DNA of 64,000 nucleotides from Phallusia mammillata (lineage: Eukaryota). Positions 13,969-28,100 of this stretch are shown here, piece by piece; the first letter of the stretch is position 1; each line of letters opens with the position of its first letter. The position numbers and the translations under genes are program-made. The stretch lies in NCBI GenBank assembly GCA_965637545.1, contig OZ281495.1, positions 11,532,001 to 11,596,000 on the forward strand, in the 5' to 3' direction. Below the pieces are notes generated by a model that saw only the letters and a list, made by a program, of their open reading frames with translations, had not been told where the DNA came from and ran no database searches.

Positions 13969-14936
13969 TTAGATACAACCACAGCCGATTGGCAGTCTAA
14001 AATGCAACCTTTTGTTGTTTCTAGTTTTAACGGGAAAGCTGTAAAATATCGGCTTCTTGTTAGGTTGCATGTTCCTACAAAGAGGAAATTTACATCTGGT
14101 TTCGCACAAAGCCACAGGAAATCTCCAAGGAGAAAGATTTCTGCAAACCAATATCCGCTCCTGAATTCCACTTCGACGTCGATGCCGAGATGATTGGGAC
14201 CTCAGAGTACAACTGTGTCCATCCACGATTCTTAACACATAAATAGTTGGTTAAAGTCATTTAGTTCGACAGTAAAAAAATAAACTGTAACTACAAGTTT
14301 ATCTTTTTTTACAAAGATTCTAAAAATTCACAAATATTTTGTTGAAACCTTTAAATAAGACCAGGGGCGTGCAACATACGTCCCGCGACAGCTATACATG
14401 TGGCCCGCGCTGACTTTGTCAAGTAGTCGATTGTTTTGAATCGTAAGAAGTTGTTGTTTTCACTGCATCATTGGCAGTTTCGACATTGTACTACAAGGTA
14501 AAGTTTACGTAAAGCTCTACACAGAAAATTGGTTTACAATTTTGCCTTCGCGGACCCCTGAAACCAGCCCACGGAACCCTGCTGTGGCGCGAACCGTATA
14601 GGTTGCAAACCACTGCAACAAATGTTTGTTTATCAAAATACATGTGTCAGTTTATTGATCGACCCTCAGCATCATAAAAGGTAAATTGTGACCCATTGCG
14701 ATAAACAGTTGCACGCCCCTGAATACGAAAATCATATGTAGTATTAATCTTTTGAATTTGACGACATTTTCTATGCAGTGAGCTCTGTACTGATTTAGCA
14801 TTCAATGTTGACTGTTTTGTGTTTTTTCGATTTGTGTTGAAACCTACTTTTGAGCAAGCGGCGACAGACTCTTCGAGAATTGCTCGTCGTCACGGTCACT
14901 GCGAGCTCGAGTAAAAAAACAAATCACCAAGACGAT
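13969..14936 (-). CDS. Small cystine-knot-like secreted peptide, copy 2 (exons 14936-14848 and 14230-13969; first exon not found)
   Basis: Hydrophobic exon IVLVICFFTRARSD... splices in phase 2 to IVDGHSC...RHRRR/SGIQERILVCRNLSPWRFPVALCETRCKFPLCRNMQP...LPIGCGCI*, giving a C, CxxxC, C, CxC pattern. Confidence 0.55.
14362..14721. mobile_element. hAT-like MITE
   Basis: TIR CAGGGGCGTGCAAC...GTTGCACGCCCCTG; degenerate 8-bp TSD AATAAGAC/AATACGAA; absent from the paralogous unit 1. Confidence 0.75.
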
Positions 14937-17865
14937 CTACAAACAAATAAGGCTGATCTAAATACTCTTACTGTTTAACCTTTCTGCGAAGTGTTTAATA
15001 AGATCGTCAAGCATGATCATTTCACCGGAGGCGCCGCTTGGGTGTCAATTGTAACTTATTTTTAAGGCGTACGTTTATGTACTTAATTGTAATTTATTTG
15101 AAATGGACGCTGATTACTGTCATTTTGCTCTACTTCGTCGAATTACTAAAAGTAACTAACTTACAAGTTCAAAGTCATCAGTCGCTGAAAATTATTCGTA
15201 CAGTCGTCTGAAATTAATATGTCTTTACTTGGTGAATATACGACAAAAGTTGCTAAACAAAAATTAATGTTTTCAAATAAACCGGATCAGTACAAGCCAT
15301 TTGGTCATGAAATTGTCTTACATTTGCAAAGGCATATATAGCACAACGTCCAGACTCGTTTATAAAGCAACACTTACCAGAAGAATCAAACCGGTTGCTT
15401 TCATATTTTTAGTTTGTCGAACAGTTTGGTAGTTGGTCTTCAGAAAACAGAATAAGTTTCTAAAAAAGTCACTCGTTCTCTACTAGCAAACCACGTATAA
15501 TTTTGCGTAGATACAGGTCGCATATATAGGGCAAGATGCAAAAATTTTGAATTTGGAAAACCCGATAGTAACATCGATTTCGTATCTTTTAATGACTCGA
15601 GGCAAACTCCCCAAAGCAAAACTCAAACACAGTGTAATACGGATGGAAACAAGTTCTGTTTGTTGAGCATACGTTCTATAGCAATAAAAATACGGTCATA
15701 AAACTATTTGATTGTCTTTTGTAAAAAAACGTTGTTTTCCTAATAATTGTAAGGGCGACAGAACAAACATGGAAAACACCTATTCCAAAAACGAAAGGCG
15801 ATCAGGTAAAAATAAATCTTCTGGAATAAATTCAACATAATCAGGATGATTAAAAAAAGCTTTTGTAATGAAGTTAGTGTTCAAAGTGACAAACTTTATA
15901 GCTATCTGTGCTGAAAAAATGAAATTAACCTAAGGGTTAAGTCAAAGAAGGTTGATGGGATTTTACACCAAGGTATTTATGTTTTATAATTTCGAAGCGC
16001 AGTTTTGCTTTCTAAATAAACATTTAACGTTTCTTTTTTAAATAAGTATTTTGAATTTTGGATCCAAAAAGGTAAATCCACCAAGGTGTTGCGCTTTCGG
16101 TGAAGTCCCCATAAAACACATTGTTTAAAAAAATAAGCAACTCAGGATAATATTATTGACCAAAGCTAGACTCGTAGGTCACAGATTTCTATTGTAAATT
16201 TATGAATGACAATAGGATGGAAAGTCACATCCCTTGCGTAAACACCGTTCGAAATTGACTACCAAAGGGGATTCCCCGCGTTTTATTTACGCAATGACTG
16301 ATGTGTGGTAATTTTATTTCATTCTCAGTTTGGGGAACCAAATTTCATCGAAGAAAAATTGTCTTCCCTTCTCATAACTGGATTTTGCTCAGGTGGATAC
16401 CGGTACCCTGAAAGACGTATTTCGTTTACAAATAACACTCAAGGGAAAAACTATTCGCAACCTTACAAATGGTTTGATACTCACGGTACATTGACATAAA
16501 AATAGCGTTATATCACATGGACAATATAAATAGACGAACGGAAAAAAATAAGCAGAAAATCAGGTATTTTCAAGCAAGGTGTTCACAAAGAAAGTCTCTG
16601 ATAAGCACCGCAGACAGAAGTTTTCCATAAGTTTTCCCCGGTCTAAAGTATTTTAAATAAAATTCGTACCTCTTACTTTTTGGTATTTCACACTTGGTCA
16701 AGGGGCGATATTTATACGTATCCTACAAATTGAAATGTCTTTTTGATGAATTAGGTTCACTTTTTTACGACTAATTTAAGTGTTTGCGATAAGCTTTTAT
16801 ATAACCAAAGATAATTAACGCCGTGCTTATAAAGTTGAATGAAATCCTACAATTAAAAATTTTATATATTGCTATAATATCTAAATTTTATCTTCTAAAA
16901 AAGGCTTTTTCATACTACCATAGAACTGTAAGCAGTGTTGTATTAAACTGTAATAAACGGTTACAAAGTACAAAAAATATTTAAATGCCGTTTTTGTGTT
17001 CCAGAGCAGAATTTGTTGAGTAAATCTGCATAACAGACAATACGATGAGCTCATGTACTCACATGCTCTCATTTTTAAAACAACTTTAAGCTCTTATGTA
17101 AACTATATCAAGTGGGTGATTTCAGTTCATACAAGTTGCCCTAGGGTACAACAAAGCTAAACAGGAAAGCTTAACATCATCTTGTTAAAGTTTGAAACGG
17201 TTTTTGTTGAAGTATTTATTGCGGCAGTTAAAAGGAAAGTTGCACTACGAAGCTGAGGAAGCGCATTGTTTTCATATCGAAAGTGTGCTGCTTGCCGTAT
17301 GTGTCACAACTGCCGCGCAAACACCCGTACCAGTGCTCAAACAGAGAAATGAATGTAACTTGCTATACAAGTCTTTTTGTTCTGAGACTGGCGTCGCGCA
17401 AAAGTAGAACACGAGGCAGAAGCGGAAACGCAGCTCTTGTCGAATGGTGGTAAACGTCTTTGGAGATTACTATTGGTTTAGTCTTTAAAAGAAAAATATG
17501 CATCTATGTTTGTTGATGTTCTCTCAAAATAATATAATGTATATTTAAAGAAAGTGACAACAGGATAGAATGTGATTTTATGCATTGTTTCGAAAGCTTG
17601 TGAATTTTTGCCGAATGCTTGTGAATTGACACAGTGTGTGAATTTTTAAAAGTGAAAAATGGTTGTTATATACCTAATACTGCTCACATATCCATATATA
17701 CAGCTGATGTAACAGTAAATTACTAAATATAAGTCATGCAAATTTTCCTTCGGAATGCAAAATGATTTTTTGTACTTTTTACGACAAATTTTTTCATTTT
17801 TTTTTCAGTTCAGCAAAATTTGCAGAAAAAAAGCAGTCTAGTCGAAGGAAGCATATATAACTAAC

Positions 17866-19880
17866 ATGAAGATTATTGTTGCTAGTTATCCAAAAACTGG
17901 GACAAAAACCCTAAATGCAGCCTTAACCATCCTTGGCTTCAGAGTTTATGATTATTTGGAGAACACTTATTGCCATAGCCGGGAATGGCTCAAGATTTTA
18001 AACACTGGGGATAGAAAGGAGACCATTGAACTGTTCAGGCAAATGTACAAAGATGTAGATGTTGTATTAGATATGCCAGCCTACTATTTTTGGAAGGAAA
18101 TTCATGAAGCCTTTCCGGAAGCCAAAGTAGGTCTGCATTGTATTCATTGTATTGTGTAATATTACAAACAAACAATTTGTATTCCAATTAGAGTTATAAG
18201 TCGGGACGAGCTTTTCTTGTCGGGTTCACATTGGGGTTTCAATAAAATGGGCTTGATTTGGGCCTGATTCAGGTCATTATTTGTCCCATTTAAATTCGGT
18301 ACATTATTAGTGCCGTTTGTTGTTTGTTTTGTATTTCGGGTTCGGGTCGGGTTTCGGGCCTGTACTTTGAGTTTGGACTAGGTTCCGGCATCAATTTCCA
18401 ACGACCTTTCAGCGTAATGGCGATATGTTTGCTCGTATACACTACTCTGTTGTTCACCATTCTGTTTTGATGATAGATTTTATTGACTCTCCGTGACGAA
18501 GACGCTTATTATCGCAGCGCCCAGAAGCAAGTGGATGAACTCAATAAAGATTGGAAATATAGGCTGGAGAAAACGGTAACACCGACTGGACGAACCATCA
18601 GCTCCGTGATAATAAATACATGTAAGCTAGGAACAACGTATTTTATACAAGACGTAATATAAGATTTAATACCATCCAGGCGTTTAAATCGGACATAAAC
18701 AGTAGATTAAGATAAAGAAAATTTGTCCTTCAGGTCAAAAGGTATTATGATCCCGAGCAAGTTCTCTGTGTAGTACAAGATTCAAAAACCTTAACCGAAA
18801 TTTAGGTAAAATGTTAAGTAGTCCCGAAACCCAAATTTGGCCCGAAAGTTAGACGTATACGTTTCTATAGAAAAGAAAAGTGAAAAAGTACATAGAAAAG
18901 TGAAATTACGATACAAATGAGACCTAGTGAGAAGTCAGATCCGAATAACGCCAATTATATCACCCCGACCCTAAGATCAACTTACAAATCCATTTCGTTG
19001 CAAACTTTGTCTTGATTAAATGGTCTTCATGCTTTTCGTTGTATTTTACCTTATGTCCAGTTTTCAACAATCGTTTTATTATGGTTAAAGTGCATGTTTT
19101 TTAAACAGTGCCTGTTCTCTTTGGATACAAACCAACTTTCAACTGGAGTCGGTACTTTCCAAACGAAACTATGCTAAAGATACGATTCCGACAACACAAT
19201 TCAAGTGTACTTGAAGTAAGCAAAATGGTTTCATTTTTGTTCTAAAACAAATTGTATAATCCAACTGCAAACAATGTTCCTTCAAATTGACTGTTCATAC
19301 TGATATAACTATCTAACGGCACTCCAGTTTGTTGGGACTTACTGGCCACAACTAGGCATAAACTGCAGTGGAACTACTGTATTGTCACTATGTCAGAGTA
19401 AGATGTTAGTTCAAAGCCCCACGAACATCCAACTAAAATTTCAAAAACAGGCAAAAGTTATTCAACGTGCATAATGGTTGACTGGTGCTACATTTTTATT
19501 AGCCAAACATATTTAGAATTCATTGTTTTTTTACTATATTTTAAACAAAGTTTTATATATTTCTAATTATACAAACAAAGTTTTCTAAGTTATAATTAAT
19601 CAAGTCAGGCTCCATTTCGAAATATTACAAATTTTTTCAGCTTGCCCCTCCGGAAAAGCTACTAGTATTTAACCTGAAAGACGGCTGGTCGCCTTTGTGT
19701 GAGTTTTTGGGCTTGGAAGTACCTGACGTAGAATTTCCTCATAAAAATAAAAACGGAAACTTGGTCACAGAACTGAGCAAAGAAAATAAAATTATGATGC
19801 AAATGAATAGAGAATTAAAAGTTGTTACGTTCTGTTTCATAGCAATTTTGTCTGTTTTCACATGTATTATGTCACTATGA
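17866..19880 (+). CDS. Sulfotransferase-like protein (Sulfotransfer_4 / P-loop type) with C-terminal TM helix, copy A
   Basis: Exons 17866-18126, 18477-18621, 19109-19215, 19641-19880 with GT-AG sites in phase. Motifs ASYPKTGTKTL, DMPAYYFWKEI, LLVFNLKDGWSPLCEFLG, FPHKN. Confidence 0.85.
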
Positions 19881-20639
19881 TCAATGATAAATTTCTGTTG
19901 TTTTTATAACAACTCCTTACTAACACGGTCTAACAATGTGTATATCTGTCATGTGAGTATTTTGTTTGTTATAAGAATCTTGTGAAAATGTTTACGGTTG
20001 TAAAATGTTTTCCACAGATTAAGCTTAATAAATCCGGTAAATTACACTGCATAAAATCATCATTTGTTCATCCTGTTGCATCACTATAGTTCAATATGGT
20101 TCCTAACCAGTGGTCCATGATGACGTGGTCCACAAGACGTTCACTGAATGTGGTTATAAACTAAAGAAGATTGTATGTTAATACAGAAAGACGGTCAAAT
20201 AATTCTGTTTCAAGCCAAAAATGCTTGTGGCGTATGCTTACATCAATCTCATTAAAAAAGGAATAGTCTATGATATTAAGTTTACTGGGCCGGTGGTCCA
20301 TGGCCTGAAACGAGTTGAGGACCACTAATTTAGTTAAATGAAAACATTGTAAATACATATACGTGCTGCAAAAATATTCTTTTTTGACTGCCTCCCTTTA
20401 CCTGTACAATGTAGCATAGGCGTAGGCTGATTTCTGCGTAGTGTTTGTTTTGACTTGTAAGCTACGTCAATTCCACTTCACGCGTACTAACTGTCAAAAC
20501 ATTTCTAAAAGAAGTACGACACTTGTGATACTCGTAGATCCTACAAACCCAAGCTTAACCAGTTGCCTAAATGGATGCTGGTCAATGGTCATAGATTCCA
20601 ATATCGGGACCTCGGTTTTGCTAAATGCTGCCAGTGTTG

Positions 20640-21035
20640 CTACTGCTGTAATAAACCCCACTTACACGGCTTTTTCCAATCTTGGCTATAGAGTTTATGG
20701 TTATTTATAAAGCAGTGTGGTCGGCAACCACCGGGCCGCGGACCGTTCGTTACCGGGCCATATACTTTTTTTAGGTGAAATGCTTTAAAATATTTTGCAT
20801 GTGCATCCCGGGAATTATAAAATAATTCATGCTCTTTTATTGCTAAAAAATATTTTGAAGGCCGGTTCGCAAGCAATTTCAATTTCAAAACGGTCAATAG
20901 TGCAAATCTGGTTGCCGACCTTGAGTTAGAACACGCCTATTATCATAACCACGAATTCTTGTGATGCTAAAAAGTGGAGAAAAACAGTCAAGGACATTGT
21001 CCGTGAAATGTTTTAAGATGTTGATGTTGTACTAG
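20640..21035 (+). pseudogene. Relic exon 1 of a third sulfotransferase-like copy, interrupted by a MITE
   Basis: ATCTTGGCTATAGAGTTTATG and GAACACGCCTATTATCATAAC...GATGTTGATGTTGTACTAGA match exon 1 of copy B, but with stops and indels. Confidence 0.7.
20713..20920. mobile_element. MITE inserted in the sulfotransferase relic
   Basis: Inverted ends (CAGTGT)GGTCGGCAACCA...TGGTTGCCGACC. Confidence 0.6.
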
Positions 21036-23088
21036 AACAGTTTGATACGTTTAGGAAAGAATTCACAAAACGTTTTGTAAGACCAAGATAAACACAGCAG
21101 ACTAAGTTTAAAAGCTGTACAATGTAAAAAAATAGCGATGCTAAGAACATGTTGTGCAAAAGTTTCTATACTTTCCAAATAAACAATATTTACAGTTTTC
21201 ACAACACCATCTGAAAAAAAATGATCTGTAGGCTTATCGCAGACCTGTGCAGTGTAAAGAATGCCAAAATGTAATAAAAACAAGATTTTTGTCATAAAAA
21301 GACAGGTAGGCCTATTGTTTTTACCGATTTCAGAGTTTCAACAAGAAAATGCCTCTTACAAACAGCCAAACCCTGCCATACCTTCAGAATCTGCAGAGTA
21401 CCTGCGACAAAGCAGAAACGTACTTTAAACGCATGTTGTAGACGAAAGAGTTAAGGCTATCTAGGAGATTAGTCTAACAAGCTAATGGTGATGAACACTT
21501 TGTTGTCAGTTGAATGAAAGTCAATAATTCAAGTTAAATTAGCAAACCTGCTGTAAGAAAGTGACAGTTTCACCCGCAAAGATAACTAAACAACCAAGCT
21601 ACGTCGACCGCAATGAGGGGTTCTTTGTGCAGCTGAAAACGTATTAAATTCTTGCGTTTGGAAGTTGCGATTGTGTTGATGCTTAAGTCCGCTTGGAGCA
21701 ATTTCAAGGCAAACGAAACGGCGTAGAAAATTAAGGCTCGGGTTCGGACATGGACGTTTTAGGAGAAAACTTTAGCAAAACATGCTTCAGGGACTTTACC
21801 AACAAAATAATGTTCAGATGTTGTTTTGAACATTAATGTTGAAGTTGCATCAGAAGTTGTGTTAAATGGTTCTATTACTTTTTGTGTCCTATATTTCCAT
21901 ATTAAATTGCAATCCCCACAACCAATTCCACCTTCTTAATTACCACAAAGCTGGAAACGTTTTTTCCCAGGTAAATCTGTTTTCAGCTGAGTATAGTGCC
22001 GTACTTATTGGTTCACTGGTCAAGAGCCCTGAATCGTTGGGCTAAGTGGTCAGTTAAACAAAGGACTGTTAAGAGCCGCTATAAAGAAGAGGCAAACGAC
22101 AAAGGGCAAAGATGAATATTGAAGTTAATTTTGAAAAAGTCCAGAATCGAAAGTTAAGCGAATAATATAAGGGCGACTAGAAAAAAAGTATACATCTTCT
22201 GCTAAAATGGAGCTTTTTCATTGTTTTATGCTACCAATACCACATAGCTACGCAAAATTTATCTTTATTACAAATTAGATTATCTTGTTTGAGTAAGATT
22301 ATGTTTTTTATACGGTCATAAACCATTGTGGAAAAACAACGAGGCTGAGATCAAAACTACTTGTTCTGAAGAACAATCATTTATATTTCCTTAAAGTTAG
22401 TATAAAATAATAGAAAATCTTAGAAGAAAACGGACACTAAGACAGTTCCACTGCAAGACAAACAAGCAAAAGCGATGTTAACAGCATCGTTAACACATGT
22501 AGTGGTTCTGTCACTGTGTCAGAAAACATTTTACTTGTGGCAAACACGTAACTTAATGCATACCAACTGTGAGCAGCAGTTAATCCGCATTTTAAGCAAA
22601 TAAACGGTTTATACTCGCCTCGAAAGGCGTATCAGGTTGTAGGGGATTGGTCCTGATGACGTCGTACTTATTGCTACAGAAGTATCTTTCGCTGTAGATG
22701 TTTATACTCTAAGTCCCTGGCTATCTGAGCTACTGCTTGTCTGGGCTTAGTCCGATAAGGAAGACGGCGTTTAACCTTAAACTTAGTTTATTGAGATGAG
22801 AGATTAAACGATATTGAGAGTGAGAGTTACAACACATGTGAATATATAGTGGCAAAGGTGATGATGACGCAACTGCACAATCGTGCTTAAGGTGTTAAAC
22901 AGCGACTGACATTTAAGGTCGAGTACTGAAAAGGTGACGACGACGAAATAAAACGTTCATGCAATCACAGTCACTCGTACGATATTATACGCGCTTATGT
23001 ATAACTTCAATACACGATACTCCACAAGGTTAAAGATAATAAACCAAAAAGAGATTTACAGAAAACTACGAGCTATTGAAAATTAGGT

Positions 23089-24955
23089 ATGAAAATTATT
23101 GTTGCTAGTTTTCCAAAAACCGGAACAAAGTCCCTTAATGCGGCTTTGACCATCCTTGGCTATAGAGTTTATGATTTTTTGGAGCACGCCTATTACCATA
23201 ACAAGGAATGGCTCGAGATTCTGAGTAAAGGATGCAGAGAACAGACTGTAGAAATGTTTAGAAAAATGTATAAAGACATTGATGTTGTACTAGATCTACC
23301 CGCTTGCTATTTTTGGGAAGAAATACTCGAAGCATTTCCGGAAGCGAAGGTAGCCTATAGGGTAGCCTACCTAGAAAGCAGGCTATGAGGTTAATGTAAA
23401 AAAAACGATAAATTTAATGTATACACGCACTTTCTAACGGTTTTATGTTTGAAAAAGATTGGCTACGTTTCACGCAAAATGAATTTTACTAAAGTCGCCA
23501 TACGCTATGTTGCTTATATATCCTAACGTCAGGGACAATCATTTTAGCAAAACTGTACCTTTGTTGATAGATTGTGTTGACTCTTCGTGCGAAAGAAGAT
23601 TATTACCGCAGCGCACAAAAACAAGTGGAAGAAATCAACGCAGATTGGAGATATCGGTTAATGAACACTGTAACGCCTACTGGAAGAAAGATAAGCAGCG
23701 TCGTTACACAAGCATGTAAGCTAAGATTTTCAGGTTATTAGCATGCTTGGGCATTTATCCAAAAGGTGGACATTCCGATTTGTTTAACTTTTTACTGTCC
23801 GACGTAGGTTTTTTCTAACGTTCTGGTCAAAACGAGTGGTTTATAATAATTCAAATTATCATAGGCTTTTATAGTTTAGGTTTGGTGTAAGTTAAGCCTA
23901 CACTGAATCCTTTGACCCAGATTAGGAATGTAACTAATATAGGGCATGTAACAACTGTATCCATGGCAATTATTATCAGATAAAAATGTTAAATGTCAAT
24001 ACAGTAGGTTGTGGCAAGCTATTTTTTTAAGTTTAATTGCGCAGCGGCTTTGGTGATTGTTCAGCACAACTGTGTCGCTACGTGTTCTTTCACCGAGCTT
24101 AAAACTCATCTCAATTCATGATTTTTTATCGATTTCGACAGTACCTGTTGTTTTCGGATTTAAACCCGACTACAGATGGAGCAAGATATTTGTAAACGAA
24201 ACTGTTCAGAAACTGAGGTTCAGACAACACACTTCACATGTTCTGAAGGTAAAGATCGCAACAACAAAAAATCGTTTACGTAAGGGCTTTACTTTGAATC
24301 CAAAACGACAGAATTTTTTTGTAATTTGCTTTTCATTTCTTGTTGCATGAGAAATGTTTCTCGTATCCGTTTTACAACAAAATTTTAGTTGTCTTTAGCG
24401 TCAAAAGCAGAAGTTATGGCATTTTGTAGTTCTGTAATTCTGTCTCATAGCCTAACCCTATTATAAAGTCAGTAAACTTGGGTTTCAGCCATGAGCTTAT
24501 ACTAGGCGGAAACTTTTGTTTTACAACTGATTAAGCATCGGGGTTCCAACCCCGAACGCTCCCGGGGACAAAACACAAACAATCTGGCGCGCCTAACCAT
24601 TCAGCCAAGTTTCTGGCAAGATTTTTGTCAATGCAAGATCGCGCCACACGCGGTTAAGCCTGAATCAACTTGCAACAAACACGGAAACGAATCATAACGT
24701 AGTTTACTTTATTTTCAGCATGCACCGCCCGAAAAACTGTTGGTGTTTCATCTTAAGGATGGCTGGGGTCCGTTGTGCGACTTCCTGGGATTGGAAGAGC
24801 CAAATACAGAGTTTCCACGTAAAAACAGAAACGGTACAGCGATTGCCGAATTCCGAAAGGAGAATAAAATAATGATGCAAATGGTCAAAGAATTTAAAGT
24901 TCTAACGTATATTTCACTAGTGACCGTTCTCCTATTTTTTCTGTTTCTAATGTAG
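23089..24955 (+). CDS. Sulfotransferase-like protein (Sulfotransfer_4 type), copy B
   Basis: Exons 23089-23349, 23571-23715, 24142-24248, 24719-24955. Same intron positions and phases as copy A; ASFPKTGTKSL, DLPACYFWEEI, LKDGWGPLCDFLG. Confidence 0.85.
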
Positions 24956-25183
24956 ATTTTTAATCATTTAGGCTACGATTTTTCTCGACAAAAATCAATT
25001 TTTCCAATCTTATTATTCGAAGGAACTAAGGCCTTTGTGAATTTTTTTGCTATTGGCCTTTCTTATGTGACATAAAAAGTTTGGGTTTGAAATTGTATGA
25101 ATTTCACAGGCAAACTGTTAATCATTCGAGCAGTGCAGCCCACTTCCCTCATAATAAAACGAATAAGAAAAAAAGTCGAAGTG

Positions 25184-28100
25184 CTACAGCTTTATCCTCT
25201 TTTTGTCCGGCTCCATCGAAGCAGTGTGGTCAAAAAGTAGAATGTCTTTGTTCGCAAGAAAAGAAATACAAAACATCCGCTTATAAGGAGCAACACTTCT
25301 TACTTGGTGAACAGAGCAATTTTTCGGCATCGGTTGACCAAAGTGATTCTCAAACCTTGTAGCTATAAGATCTAAAGAGTCAGAAAATATTACTTTTTTA
25401 TAATCGCTTCTACAAATCTTTATTCACACAATAATGCCATTAGGCTTCCGTAATCCATACCTTTGGCGTCTGTCAAGGGGGTGAAAGTGTAGCAGTGAAC
25501 ATGTAAAGCACAATTTTCTAAAGCATCTGTATCTATTATATGGCTGGTGGGATCCGTGTCACTATCACTAGACATAAAAAAACAACTATTTAAAATATGT
25601 TTCACGTGAAGCATAGTAGCTTAAACTAAATAAGTAGCTTCTAATAGACTCAAAGCAAGATAATTTCAAAAGGTTGATGTACAAACTGAAACAGATCTAA
25701 ACAACATTTACAAAAACAACTAACCTGGAAGAGGTAGGTTGAAGAAGGTTGTTAAAAACATCAAGAAACTCGATCGCAATTTCTGGTAAGTTCATCACAA
25801 CATGAACTTCAGTTTCATTGCCAGACCTGATAATAGATATTAGTCACTCATACCAAGAGATATTAGATACTTGCCCTCTCATGTAAGGTCTAATCCCTAG
25901 TTTGTATTTATGGAGGCTATTGCAAGATTTAAAATGAAAAACACTTACAAAAGCAGAAAAAATTTTTTAAGCTCTTGTTTAAGAAAGTCTCGTCCATCCA
26001 TGTTGAAACAATTAAGTTTTGTTTTGTTTAACTTGGCATTGTGCTCCAGCCACTTGAATGACTCTGGATTAAGATCATTGGCATAAACCGTGCATCCTAC
26101 AAAAAAAATCTTATAAAAATATTTGAATAACCCATTCAGTAATGTTCAAATTAAAAATAAACCTTTGTTACAAAACAAAATGGCAAGTTTATACAAAACA
26201 ACATAATACATTCGCAAAACCTTTTTTAGCAAGAGGAATCGCAAAGGGACCGACACCAGCAAAAACATCAAACACAATGCAGTCATTGCTAATCATTTCC
26301 GCCAGCCTTCTGTGTTCTGTGCTTAGTCGACTGTTCCAAAACACCTGTATTACAACATGTCACATGATCATTATTTTTGTACACTGAAATTTTAAGAACC
26401 CAAAAATTGTAAACAACACACAAGTGAGCTAACAGCACATTGTTTATAGCAGTGGTTCTCAAAGTATGGGTCGCGACCCAAGCGTGGGTCGCGCAGGGTC
26501 AAAAAATGGGTTGCGCTATGGTGGTTCAATTCTACCCAAACGAATTTACTTAATGCAGTAGTAGTAAAGTCCACTCACTCGACCACGTTGTACAGTAAAA
26601 TGAACTAATCATTGCAAAATACTGACAATAGCCTTCCAATTGTACTGTTACGCACATGACGATTGTTACGTCACAGCACAGGGAATAAAAGTTAATCATG
26701 CAAAACTGAACGTGGAGATGTAACAGATACCGTTTAAGGATGAGTATTCGTACAAGGAACCTTTTTTGGATTTGGGATTCACTTCTATGGTGCTGCAAAG
26801 CCACAATATGTGTTGTGTTATGTAGTATTGTTGAATCGAACTCATTAAACCTGCAGCCATTTTGACATGGGCTGATCCGGTGCCGCCACGACGTGGCCTC
26901 GAATATGTTACATTTTTTGATATTTGAGGCTTGAGTCGTGAGATGTTCATAATGCTCAGATTTGGGTCGCGGTCAAAAAAGTTTGAGAACCACTGGTTTA
27001 TAGTAAACAAAGGAAGAGGTTTAAGTTTACTTAATTTAATACAACAGATAACAGAAAAATAACATGTAAATTATTGTAACACAACAAATTTATTTTTTAA
27101 CTAGTTTAACATAAATTAAAAAAAATTCACCTTTGAAAAGTCAAATTCATATGCTATTTGATATTCAATGACTTTAGTCACATATTCAGGTACACCACCC
27201 AGTAGTTCAAACTCAAATGTACGGAATTCATTGTCTATTGTGTTGTGTTTATGTATAACTGTCTTGGCAAAAGTCAGTTTATCAAGCAGCACCTGTTAAA
27301 TAATTAAACAAGGTTTTAAATGCATCTTTCAAACAGCAGTACCTGCAAGGTTTGCTGTAAAATAGGAAAACCACTACAGTACTTTGATACAATTCTAAAA
27401 CAAAGCATACAAATTTTATTTTGTGCAACCTCTATGTAACACATCATTTTTCATGTGTATGTATTTTAGAAATAAGGATTGAGGTAAATTTGAGCTAGAC
27501 ACTTTCTAGAATGAGAGATGGAAATCTTTACAAGAATTGCACTAAAATTAAAAAAATGATTTCCACAATGGATTTACTAAATATAGTGCTTATATGTTCA
27601 CCACTTAAATTAAAAATGACCAAACCTGTGCTATGAGAGTTTTGTAGGGAATGTATTGTTCCTTCAGGTTTACATGCACAATATGACCAATTTGTGTGAA
27701 TGCTGACAGATTTGGCAAATCACATGGAAAAACTGCACCAAATACTTCAGATGGTTTGAAGTTTTCATAACTGAATTTATATGCAAACAAAATAAAAATG
27801 TCTTTTAAATATCCATTCCTACCAAGCAGATAGTGCAACAATGTTAAAGCCTTCTGGGCACAATGCAAGTATTCCAGCTGTGTAAAAGAACTCTAATTCA
27901 TACACACAGGCCTAAAGGCTAAAAATGCTAGAATGGATAAAAGCAGCTTTCATTTTGCCTAGAAATATCTGCCTTGTTGAAACAGTTTAAGGTGATGATT
28001 GACACTGAACTCAAAATCTTTTTCTGGCAAATTATTTTTTTCAGAACAGTTTGTCTTTTTGTCACTTCTCAACAGCAAAATACACACCAAACAAATACTC

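Larger units (their letters stand above)
9950..16640. repeat. Tandem ~3.3-kb segmental duplication (unit 1 ~9950-13250, unit 2 ~13260-16640)
   Basis: Colinear similarity: 10830-11350 vs 13740-14310, 11820-12960 vs 15385-16410, 12960-13170 vs 16410-16640. Unit 2 has an extra MITE. Confidence 0.8.
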
